From NCBI GenBank assembly GCA_017450925.1, contig JAFSSS010000081.1:18090-82089 (forward strand): 64,000 nt of DNA, given 5' to 3'. Made by a program: the position numbers and the translations under genes. A model generated the notes under the pieces. It made no database searches. It was not told the DNA's origin and saw nothing but the letters and a program-made list of their open reading frames with translations. Source of the DNA: Ruminococcus sp. (GTDB lineage: Bacteria; Bacillota; Clostridia; Oscillospirales; Ruminococcaceae). Shown in pieces: positions 1 to 8,276 of the stretch (its first letter is position 1; each line of letters opens with the position of its first letter).

Positions 1-25
1 GTAACGGTCATACAAGTGATAATTC

Positions 26-59
26 TATCGGAGGGACGAAAGTCTCTCCGATATTTTTT
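26..59 (+). terminator. Intrinsic terminator of the gene upstream of the window
   Basis: TATCGGAGGGAC-GAAA-GTCTCTCCGATA stem-loop followed by a T run. Confidence 0.8.
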
Positions 60-70
60 GCTGAAAGCAT

Positions 71-126
71 TGTTTACACTTTGTTAAAAACTATCCTGTG
101 AAAACAGTCCACTACCAATACAGAAG
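71..126 (+). promoter_or_regulatory. Conserved upstream motif, copy 1 (candidate ECF promoter and/or regulator box)
   Basis: TGTTTACACTTTGTTAAAAACTAT...CACTAC..ATACAGA; 20/24 identical to 3676-3699 upstream of the second ECF sigma. Confidence 0.55.
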
Positions 127-143
127 CAAAAGAAAGGAGCGGC

Positions 144-689
144 TTGTTCATGAAGGATGCAAGGCTCTTGTTTGATGACATATACAGGCGCAATCAAGCC
201 GCGGTGCTAAGGTTCATCACGGCGAAATGCCTAAGCATAAGCGATATTGATGACATTTATCAAGATACATTTCTGAATGTCTATCGCTCGCTTTGCAATA
301 CGGAAAAGCCCATAGAGAATGAAGAGGCTTGGGTCATCAGTATAGCCAAGAAGAGCATCTCGCGGTATTACGGACTGCTGGCAAAGCTGCGCGGACGGAT
401 AAGCGACAGCCTCTCGCGGCTGCCGGACAAGAAGCTGCTGGAGGAGATCCCCGCGGAGGTGGATGTGGAGATGCTTGTGGCCGACCGTTCACTCTGCGAT
501 GACATCTTTGATACGGTTAGCTCGATGCCCCCGGATGTTCAGAGGATAGTATATATGTACTTCATCCTTGACATGACTCCCGGCGAGATCGCAAGGGAGC
601 TTAAGCTTCATGAAAGCACCGTGAAAAACCGCCTCTACCGAACACTTGACAGGATAAGGAGATCATACAAAAGGAGGGAAACGCTGTGA
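144..689 (+). CDS. ECF-type sigma-70 family RNA polymerase sigma factor
   Basis: Region 2 motif DIDDIYQDTFL, region 4 HTH MTPGEIARELKLHESTVKNRLYR; RBS AAGGAG; start TTG144 or ATG150. Confidence 0.9.
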   Translation: MFMKDARLLFDDIYRRNQAAVLRFITAKCLSISDIDDIYQDTFLNVYRSLCNTEKPIENEEAWVISIAKKSISRYYGLLAKLRGRISDSLSRLPDKKLLEEIPAEVDVEMLVADRSLCDDIFDTVSSMPPDVQRIVYMYFILDMTPGEIARELKLHESTVKNRLYRTLDRIRRSYKRRETL

Positions 690-3598
690 CTGAAAAGGAA
701 CTTATCAAGACCGCGCTTGAAAGACACCTGCCGGATAGCCGGGGGCGTTTATCCTCCGAGATCATTGAGGCCGAGGCCAAGGGCGCACAGGCTCACATCA
801 GAAAGCGGCGCTTCGCTTTCGTGGGAGTGACAGTGGCCGCCGTAATGGTTGTCGGTGCGGCGGTGTTCGGCTTCGGCAGGCTCAACAGTATCGAGATCGA
901 ACCTCCCGCTGCGGAAAGCTCACAGGCCGACGAGTCGGAGACAGAGATCAGGGATAAGGATGCTGTTATCAGTCTCTGCGATTTTACAGGCAAGCAGGAG
1001 GCAAGCGGTGTTTCGATCTCCAGCAGACCCAAGAATCTGGGCGGCAGGGAGATCAAGATCACCGACCGAACAATTACCGTTGACGACAGGGAGATCATGG
1101 GTATATTTCACTACAGCGCTATAATCAAGGTCTTTACGGCGGACGTCACCGGCGACGGCAAGGCGGATGTCTGCGTTGAGTCAAAGCCTGCATTTACAGC
1201 GGACGAGAGCGTGGTGTATATGTTCGACATCAATAACGATCTGATGCAGATGTACTACGTTCCCGACAAGCTGAATTTCACCCTTACCGAAGAGGATGAC
1301 ACCTTGAAACTTGGTATGCAGGACGCCGTCACCCGGGAGACGGAATATACAGATGCGGATTTCACCGTCCCGGAGCGGTATCATAATGCAAAGACAGAGT
1401 GGCTGAAGGACGCCGCCGGCGATACAGCAGAGCGTTCAGCGTCGGTGAATATGCAGTATTCCTCCAAACCCTACGGCAGCGGCAAGACCTATATAGGGGA
1501 TGATGTTTCCTGCACAGGCAGTCTTACGATGAGTATGATCGCAGCGCTTAATATGTCCATGGACAGCAACGACCGGAGAGCGAACATCATTGACAGCATC
1601 GCCCCCGAGGGCGCAGAGCTCCAGCCGGATGACAGCCCTCTGCCTATAAGCGGCAGCACTGTCAGCTATCTTGAGGGCGCATCGGAGGAGCTGGATCTCT
1701 ATTATGCAGATAAGAACGTTCAGACTATTTTCGGTATATGTATTGCCAATGTGACCGGCGGAGAGCGCGATCTCCTTGTCACTGTCAAGGACAGATACGG
1801 CTGCGACTATGTTTCAAGGTTCACCTGCCAGTCCGCCGGGGCAGCCCCGCTGAAAAGCTTTATCAGGGACGGTGCGGCAGCCTATCAGCAGACAACATAC
1901 TATTGCAGAGACATCTCGGCGTTGGGTAATACCTCGCCCGCGCCAAGAATGCTCATATCTCCCAGCGGCAGCTTTGCCATTGCCTACCACATTGAAAAGG
2001 ACGGAGATAAGCTCTGTTTCGTGACCGACAGTATCCAGCCTGAGAGCATGAGCCCTGAAGCCGAACTGACTGTAAAGCCGATCAGCAGCGATGAGGAGCA
2101 GGTCATAAAGCCCGGCAGAACAGAGCTTTCGCTGCCGGAAAAGCAGCTGAAGGACGGCATAGAGGTCATTTGCGAAATCGCAGGAGAAAGCATTACCGAC
2201 ACCTATCAGTTCGGTGACAGCGGCTTTAACAAGGAGTTCGTTTACCTCGCGGACTTCACCCGAAGCAGCAGCGTCACCCGCCTTAACAACGGCGAACAGA
2301 TAAGGTTTGAGAAACGCCTCGGCGCCTTCCCCGACGTCAGCGTTTCGATGACCGACAGCTCTGTTACCGTGAATGTTGAGGGAGTGCCTCACCTTGTGAC
2401 CAAGGGTCAGCCCGTCACCCGCGTGTTCGCATCTGATGTGAACAGTGACGGCAAGCCGGAGGTCATCGCAGAGGTGTACAGCACTGACAGGACAAAGGAC
2501 GGCGATGTTCTGGTATATGACATCCTTTCGGATAAGCTGGAATCGGTGAGAGAGAACTTCTACAACAGGACAGGCATCTGGCTGGACAGCGTGAGAAGCT
2601 ATCTTGCAGTGTTGCGTGCCGACCCTGGCACAGCTGAAGATTTCTTTGGTATGGATGTGCCGCTGAGCAAGATCTGTTTAGCGCTAAACAACGAAAGCTT
2701 AGCGCATCAACTGCAGGACCAGCTTAAAGCCTTCACTGATGCATACCTTGCAGACCCCAAGCAGGTGCAATACCTCCTGCAGTGGGTGGACGGCAACAAC
2801 GGCAATTTATCCATCATTAGGGGCGAGCTTGCGGAGATCAATACGATATCACAGATCATAAGCGACGCGATAGCCAACGGAGAAGCTGAACAGATCGCAT
2901 TAGACGAAACAATGCAACGTTCTCTAATAAAAAACGGCGATATAGCTCTGACGGGCTTTATTGAAGACAAAAACATATCCTCCTCACAGAAGAGCTTCAT
3001 GATCTGGAATTATGAAGATAAGGTGTATATAAAGACCATGGCTGAAGAATATCATTATGATTATTTCACCTTAGTGATGAAGCTGTCTGATGCTGTTGGG
3101 CAGAAGCTCAAGGATCTTATATTCAGAAACGGTCAGCCAGTGCTGCAAAACATCACCGAGGACGGGTTAGTTTACCAGTACGCTGAAATATTTGAGCTTG
3201 ATGACTCCGGCGCGTACTCCTTTGAGCTGAATGATCTGCAAGGGTATGTGGGAATGAAGTGCAGAGCAGAATTTGATATCCCGGAAAACAAACTGACGAT
3301 ATATACAGACAAGTCAGATCTTGCCCCGGGAGTAAGTGCAGAACAATATGATATACAAATGGATATGTGGAGGCTAAACGGAGGATATGGATATACTGTT
3401 TCATATGAGCCGGTTGCTCCGATGACAGCAGGATCAACCACCGTGATAGATTATTCTGAACCCCACAGCAAAGAAGATGCCCAGATAGGCGGAGGTTGCT
3501 TCAGCATTTCGCTGACTCTGAAGCTGCCGGACGGCTCTGCGCGGATAGTCACAAGAACATACAGCTTCAATTTTATCAGCGAAGGCGATTTAGAATAA
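686..3598 (+). CDS. Putative anti-sigma factor: single-pass membrane protein with a large modular extracellular region
   Basis: GTGA overlap with the sigma gene; ~40 aa N-terminus, one TM (FAFVGVTVAAVMVVGAAVFGFG), two DVxxDGKxxV loops. Confidence 0.7.
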   Translation: MTEKELIKTALERHLPDSRGRLSSEIIEAEAKGAQAHIRKRRFAFVGVTVAAVMVVGAAVFGFGRLNSIEIEPPAAESSQADESETEIRDKDAVISLCDFTGKQEASGVSISSRPKNLGGREIKITDRTITVDDREIMGIFHYSAIIKVFTADVTGDGKADVCVESKPAFTADESVVYMFDINNDLMQMYYVPDKLNFTLTEEDDTLKLGMQDAVTRETEYTDADFTVPERYHNAKTEWLKDAAGDTAERSASVNMQYSSKPYGSGKTYIGDDVSCTGSLTMSMIAALNMSMDSNDRRANIIDSIAPEGAELQPDDSPLPISGSTVSYLEGASEELDLYYADKNVQTIFGICIANVTGGERDLLVTVKDRYGCDYVSRFTCQSAGAAPLKSFIRDGAAAYQQTTYYCRDISALGNTSPAPRMLISPSGSFAIAYHIEKDGDKLCFVTDSIQPESMSPEAELTVKPISSDEEQVIKPGRTELSLPEKQLKDGIEVICEIAGESITDTYQFGDSGFNKEFVYLADFTRSSSVTRLNNGEQIRFEKRLGAFPDVSVSMTDSSVTVNVEGVPHLVTKGQPVTRVFASDVNSDGKPEVIAEVYSTDRTKDGDVLVYDILSDKLESVRENFYNRTGIWLDSVRSYLAVLRADPGTAEDFFGMDVPLSKICLALNNESLAHQLQDQLKAFTDAYLADPKQVQYLLQWVDGNNGNLSIIRGELAEINTISQIISDAIANGEAEQIALDETMQRSLIKNGDIALTGFIEDKNISSSQKSFMIWNYEDKVYIKTMAEEYHYDYFTLVMKLSDAVGQKLKDLIFRNGQPVLQNITEDGLVYQYAEIFELDDSGAYSFELNDLQGYVGMKCRAEFDIPENKLTIYTDKSDLAPGVSAEQYDIQMDMWRLNGGYGYTVSYEPVAPMTAGSTTVIDYSEPHSKEDAQIGGGCFSISLTLKLPDGSARIVTRTYSFNFISEGDLE

Positions 3599-3618
3599 TA
3601 CGCATCAGACCACCAAGG

Positions 3619-3647
3619 ACAGGCACCCGCAAAGGTGCCTGTTTTTG
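3619..3647 (+). terminator. Intrinsic terminator
   Basis: ACAGGCACC-CGCAAA-GGTGCCTGT followed by a T tract. Confidence 0.8.
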
Positions 3648-3676
3648 TTGACATTTATAATACAACGGGTTATAAT
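3648..3676 (+). promoter_or_regulatory. Sigma-A promoter of the second ECF pair
   Basis: Perfect TTGACA-N17-TATAAT. Confidence 0.8.
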
Positions 3677-3728
3677 GTTTACAGTTAATTAACAACTATA
3701 CCTCCCGTTTTTTCACTACATATACAGA
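3676..3728 (+). promoter_or_regulatory. Conserved upstream motif, copy 2
   Basis: TGTTTACAGTTAATTAACAACTAT...CACTAC..ATACAGA, matching 71-126. Confidence 0.55.
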
Positions 3729-3735
3729 GGGGCAG

Positions 3736-4251
3736 GTGAGAGCAGTGAGCAGGTTCAAGGAAATATACGAGGAGACAAAGCTGCCGGTGCTGAAATACAT
3801 ATCCTCGAAGTGTCTGAAAATAACCGACATCGAGGAGCTGTTTCAGGAGACCTATCTGCAGGTGGGCGAGGCGCTGGACAAGGGCGCTGACCCCCGTGAG
3901 CCGGAGGCCTTTGTCATCGGCATTGCCAAGCACTGTCTGTCTCACCACTATACCGCCGTTCAGCGGCTGAAAGCGCGCATCAGCCTTAGCGGCGGCAGCA
4001 GCGGAGAGCCTGTGGATATCCCGGACAGCACCGACATTGAGGAACTCACGGCAGATAAGGCACTTTTCGATGAAGTCTTCCGGGAGATAACGGCTCTCCC
4101 CTCCGATGTGCAGAGGATGTTCTATCTTCACTATTTCTTAGAGCTTAGCCTTGAGGAGACTGCATCCCTTATGGGCGTATCCGAAAGCCGTGTCAGACAG
4201 CGGCTCTATCAAGCAGTCAGAAGGCTAAGGCGAAAATACAGAGGGAGGTAA
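3736..4251 (+). CDS. ECF-type sigma-70 family sigma factor, paralogue of 144..689
   Basis: DIEELFQETYL, LSLEETASLMGVSESRVRQRLY; collinear similarity to the first sigma (KCL.I.DI, EA.VI.IAK, P.DVQR). Confidence 0.9.
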   Translation: MRAVSRFKEIYEETKLPVLKYISSKCLKITDIEELFQETYLQVGEALDKGADPREPEAFVIGIAKHCLSHHYTAVQRLKARISLSGGSSGEPVDIPDSTDIEELTADKALFDEVFREITALPSDVQRMFYLHYFLELSLEETASLMGVSESRVRQRLYQAVRRLRRKYRGR

Positions 4252-4256
4252 CAGCT

Positions 4257-5519
4257 ATGACAGAAAAAGAACTGTTTGCAAATGCAATGAAGCAAAATAT
4301 GAAAAACCCAGCGAAGCAGTCCGCCGGGGAGATACGCGAAAGCAAAACAAAATACGGCTATGTTAGAACAAGCGGCTGGAAATACGCCGCAGCCGCCGCA
4401 GCACTGGCGGTGGCCGCAGGCGTGGGGACGGTGCTGTATCTGCATCAAAGCGATACTGCTCCGACAGCATCCGAGCCTGCAGCGCAGGCTGAAAGCATCA
4501 ATACTCCGGGCGTGAGCCGCGAATATGAAACAGCCATGGGAGTCTATCGGGACTTCTGGAATGAGGTGAAAGCCGCCCCGGAGAACTATTCTTCATGCGT
4601 GCAGATACTCGATCAGCACATCTACACCGAACCCGAATGCATCCGTTCCGTGTGGTTTGGCGAGGACAGCTACGGTCAGCCAAAGAGCGGGATAAACCAA
4701 TCCCGGGAGATATCAGAGTTCTTCGCAGGGGCGGAGGACGTTGAATATCTGGGCTTCAATCTTGTGACCGCCGACCCGGAAAGCAGGACAGAAGACATCC
4801 TTGCGAAAGAGACCCTGCCGGACAAGGGCATCATTACTCTGGTATCAAGGGCGGGCACATCGGAGAATACGGCTGTGTCTGTCAACTACTATATGGGCAA
4901 AAGGGGCGCTCTGCTGATGATACCCTCCTTCGTTAATGACGGCAAGGAGCGGGGCGAGGTAGAGAGGCTGTATTACTACCGGGTCTCCTCTCCCGACGGG
5001 AAATACCCCTGCTATGACGGCAATGCCTTCACCGTTCCCGATTGGTACACCTGCACATCCAATCAGTCATATATCACAGAAGAGAACAACATCGGCGGGG
5101 AATACCGTGTCTCCGATGCCGAGGAGCGCATAAGCTGGTCCTTCACTCCGGAATATATCACCACCCAGCCTATGGTAAGCTCCTTAGTTCCGGCAGTGAA
5201 GATCAGCGGGATGACTCTCCCGGAGGGCGTTAGCATTACAGAGGGCGAGTTCATCATCAGTGTTGTTAACGCGGATGACATCAAGCAGGACATATTTGAC
5301 GACGAATCAGACCGTACCGTTTCGATGACCGAGGATATCATCTCCGGCGGTGTGACTGTTAATCTGAACGAATTAACAGAGGTACTGCAAAGCCTTGATC
5401 ACGTCTCTCTCCGTGTGGAGGCGTATTTCAACACAAACGAGCATACCGCGGCCGACAGCGCCAAGGAACAGTCCTATGCCTACAGAACCGTGGGATATGT
5501 GGGCGTTGATCTAAGATGA
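4257..5519 (+). CDS. Putative anti-sigma factor, single-pass membrane protein
   Basis: Follows the sigma gene; starts MTEKEL like the first partner; TM YAAAAAALAVAAGVGTVLYL; extracellular part not visibly related to the first. Confidence 0.7.
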   Translation: MTEKELFANAMKQNMKNPAKQSAGEIRESKTKYGYVRTSGWKYAAAAAALAVAAGVGTVLYLHQSDTAPTASEPAAQAESINTPGVSREYETAMGVYRDFWNEVKAAPENYSSCVQILDQHIYTEPECIRSVWFGEDSYGQPKSGINQSREISEFFAGAEDVEYLGFNLVTADPESRTEDILAKETLPDKGIITLVSRAGTSENTAVSVNYYMGKRGALLMIPSFVNDGKERGEVERLYYYRVSSPDGKYPCYDGNAFTVPDWYTCTSNQSYITEENNIGGEYRVSDAEERISWSFTPEYITTQPMVSSLVPAVKISGMTLPEGVSITEGEFIISVVNADDIKQDIFDDESDRTVSMTEDIISGGVTVNLNELTEVLQSLDHVSLRVEAYFNTNEHTAADSAKEQSYAYRTVGYVGVDLR

Positions 5520-5530
5520 CCTCTTAATTT

Positions 5531-5565
5531 AAAAGCAGGGCGGAAAAATTCCGTCCTGTTTTTTT
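5531..5565 (+). terminator. Intrinsic terminator
   Basis: GCAGGGCGGAA-AAA-TTCCGTCCTGT followed by a T run. Confidence 0.8.
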
Positions 5566-5567
5566 GC

Positions 5568-5596
5568 TTGCATTTAAGGTAATTTTATGGTAGAAT
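5568..5596 (+). promoter_or_regulatory. Sigma-A promoter (extended -10)
   Basis: TTGCAT-N17-TAGAAT with TG upstream of the -10. Confidence 0.55.
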
Positions 5597-5635
5597 ATGT
5601 ATAATTGAGTTAAAACGCAAGGGAGGTGTGTTCCG

Positions 5636-6721
5636 ATGAAGAGTTTAAGACTGCTGCCGGTCATCACGGCGGTACTGATAGCGGCGGGCTGCGGCAGCGG
5701 CGAGTCGTCCATAACCGTGGTGAACACTGACAGCGAGGGGAATATCATTTCATCATCGGTGGTGGATACTGATGCTATGCCGCAGACAGTTACCGAGCCG
5801 CCTGCCGAGACCTCTGCTGCGGCCGAAACCTCGTCAGTTTCCGAAACTGCGGTTTCAAGCGAAGAAATCCCCGACAGCAGCCCTACGGAACAGGTCTTCA
5901 GCCTGTCAGCCGCTCTGAACGCGCTTGACAGCATCGGCAGCGACAGCACTCCCACGGCTTTCGGGAGCGCTTTATCAGTGCCGGAGGCTCTTAACGAACA
6001 GGTCTCCGCACTCACGTCAGCGGGACACAAGGTCTCCTTTGCAATGCTTGATCTGAACACCCTCTCCGGCATTAGCTGTAACAGCGGGTCGGGGATGTGT
6101 ACGCAGAGCGTTATAAAGGCCGCCTATATCGGCTCTCTTGCGGAAAGCGACCCCTCGGTGCTTACCTCTGAATACGAGGATATCCACGACGCTGTTGCCT
6201 ATTCCGACAACTACTCCTATATGTATCTCCGGGATAAATACGGCACCGACAGCCTGCGCAAATGGTGCGCCGAGACCGGCGTTTCACAGAGCATTGCAGA
6301 CAGCGAATACCCGGTGATGTCGGCATCGGATATGCTCCGGCTGTGGGTGAGGCTTTACAGCTTTATAAGCTCGGACGATACCGGCGCGAAGCTCGGGAAG
6401 CTCCTTGAGGCATCTGTCGGCTCGGCAGGACGGCAGCTTTTCATGGGGCAATATACTGTTCAGAGCAAATCCGGCTGGGAGTGCGGTCAAGGTGACGAGA
6501 TAAGCTACGACCCCGATGCCTCCATAGCAGAGACCCTTACCGACGGCGACCCCTTCAATGACGAATGCGCCGCCAACGATGCCGGCATCGTCTATACCGA
6601 AAACGGCACTTATATCTATGTTATCTTCACAGATATCCCCTTTGGGGTGTTTGAGGAAAACACGCCGGCGAACCCTCTGACCGGCCTGCTCTCGGAAATA
6701 AACAATGCACGTTCCCGCTGA
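5636..6721 (+). CDS. Lipoprotein serine hydrolase, class A beta-lactamase/PBP fold
   Basis: Lipobox AAGC, Ser/Thr/Glu linker, motifs SVIK (SxxK), SDN, KSG. Confidence 0.8.
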   Translation: MKSLRLLPVITAVLIAAGCGSGESSITVVNTDSEGNIISSSVVDTDAMPQTVTEPPAETSAAAETSSVSETAVSSEEIPDSSPTEQVFSLSAALNALDSIGSDSTPTAFGSALSVPEALNEQVSALTSAGHKVSFAMLDLNTLSGISCNSGSGMCTQSVIKAAYIGSLAESDPSVLTSEYEDIHDAVAYSDNYSYMYLRDKYGTDSLRKWCAETGVSQSIADSEYPVMSASDMLRLWVRLYSFISSDDTGAKLGKLLEASVGSAGRQLFMGQYTVQSKSGWECGQGDEISYDPDASIAETLTDGDPFNDECAANDAGIVYTENGTYIYVIFTDIPFGVFEENTPANPLTGLLSEINNARSR

Positions 6722-6740
6722 AAGCGAGAGCGTGCATTAT

Positions 6741-7478
6741 TCACTTTATGATCTCCTCGTACTTTGCCGAGACCTCGTCAATGTCTCCGCAGGCGATAAG
6801 CTTGCCCTTTTCAAGGATTATTGCCTTATTGCAGAGCCTGCGCACCTGCGCCAGCGAGTGGGACACGAACAGCACCGTCACACCGGCATCAAACATACCC
6901 ATTACCTTGGCCTCGGACTTCTTCTTGAACTTGGCATCTCCCACCGAAAGCACCTCGTCAAGTATCAGTATATCCGGCTCCACCTGCGTGGCTATGGAAA
7001 AGCCCAGTCGGGAACGCATTCCCGAGGAGTAGTTCTTGATAGGCACGTCGATGAACTCCTCCAGCTCGGCGAACTTCACGATCTCGTCAAACCGCTCCTG
7101 CACGAACTGCTTTGAATAGCCCAGCACCGAGCCGTAGAGGTAGATGTTCTCTCTGCCGGTGTACTGCGAATCAAAGCCGGCACCCAGCTCCAGCAGGGGA
7201 ACGAGCTTTCCGTGGCGTATTACATTTCCCTCTGTGGGCTTGAACACTCCGGCAATGACCTTCAGAAGCGTACTCTTGCCGGCGCCGTTGAGCCCGAGGA
7301 TACCTACACGGTCGCCCTTTTCCACCTTGAAGCTGACATTTTTCAGCGCCCAGAATTCGTTGTATTGTATCTGCCGCTTGAGGAACTTTATCACATATTC
7401 CTTGAGGCTGTCAACCTTTTCCTTGCTTAGGTTGAATTTCATGGAAACGTCGTTGACTTCGATAGCATATTTTGGCAT
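6741..7478 (-). CDS. tagH: Teichoic acid/polysaccharide ABC exporter ATPase (TagH/Wzt type)
   Basis: Walker A GLNGAGKST, signature YSSGM, LILDE. Confidence 0.9.
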   Translation of the reverse strand: MPKYAIEVNDVSMKFNLSKEKVDSLKEYVIKFLKRQIQYNEFWALKNVSFKVEKGDRVGILGLNGAGKSTLLKVIAGVFKPTEGNVIRHGKLVPLLELGAGFDSQYTGRENIYLYGSVLGYSKQFVQERFDEIVKFAELEEFIDVPIKNYSSGMRSRLGFSIATQVEPDILILDEVLSVGDAKFKKKSEAKVMGMFDAGVTVLFVSHSLAQVRRLCNKAIILEKGKLIACGDIDEVSAKYEEIIK

Positions 7479-7493
7479 ACGATCTTCCTTTCG

Positions 7494-8276
7494 TTATATG
7501 TGAAGAATGAAGTTATCCTGCTTCCACTTGAACAGGCCGAAGCCGATGACAAGGGTCACCAGTGAAGCGCAGAGAGGCATTATCACCCAGTAGGGGTCGG
7601 TGAACATCGAGCTTCCATAGACCGCGTCCCGGAAGATCTTGATAACGGAATAGACCGGGTTTATCCGCAGTATCCAGTCAACACCGTTTTTGAAGAGCCT
7701 TTCGGTGTCGTAGAATATAGCGCAGGTGTACATTATAAGCATCAGCGCCACATCCCAAAGGTATTCGGCATCCCGGAAGAATACCGAAACGGTCGAGAGT
7801 ATCATCCCCACTCCGAGAGTGAACATGAACAGTATGATAAGCGGGATCACCGCCGTCAGCGTCCACCAGTTAGGATAAACTCCCAGCACTATTGAAACGC
7901 CTACCAACACGATCAGCGAGATCAAGAAGATGATGAAGTTATACATAACGCTGGAAAGGGGATAGATGTATTTCGGCACATAGACCTTTTTTATCATTCC
8001 CGCGTGTGACCGTATGGACTTCATAGCCACCTTTGTGCCGTTGGAGAAGAAGCTGTAGAGCAAACGTCCCGTCAGTACATATACCGGGAAAGCCCTGTCC
8101 TTTCTGCCGTAGAAGGTCGAGAACACAAGCGTCAGCACCATCATTGTCAGCAAAGGCTCCAGCAGCGTCCATATTATCCCGAGATAGCTTCGCCTGTATT
8201 TCAGCTTGATGCCCTTTTTAACTAGCTCTCTAAGCAAGAACCTGTATTTTTTAAAGCTTTCGATATATTTTGTCAT
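7494..8276 (-). CDS. tagG: Teichoic acid/polysaccharide ABC exporter permease (TagG/Wzm type)
   Basis: KYRRSYLGIIWTLLEP motif, multiple TMs, adjacent ATPase. Confidence 0.9.
   Translation of the reverse strand: MTKYIESFKKYRFLLRELVKKGIKLKYRRSYLGIIWTLLEPLLTMMVLTLVFSTFYGRKDRAFPVYVLTGRLLYSFFSNGTKVAMKSIRSHAGMIKKVYVPKYIYPLSSVMYNFIIFLISLIVLVGVSIVLGVYPNWWTLTAVIPLIILFMFTLGVGMILSTVSVFFRDAEYLWDVALMLIMYTCAIFYDTERLFKNGVDWILRINPVYSVIKIFRDAVYGSSMFTDPYWVIMPLCASLVTLVIGFGLFKWKQDNFILHI

Noticed and set aside
5573-5589. CiaR-like TTTAAG-N5-TTTATG repeat
   Set aside because: Lies in the spacer of an ordinary sigma-A promoter; single imperfect occurrence
5636-6721. Bona fide beta-lactam resistance gene
   Set aside because: The motifs establish only the fold; it is lipoprotein-anchored, I see no clear class A omega-loop ExxLN motif, and there is no mobile context
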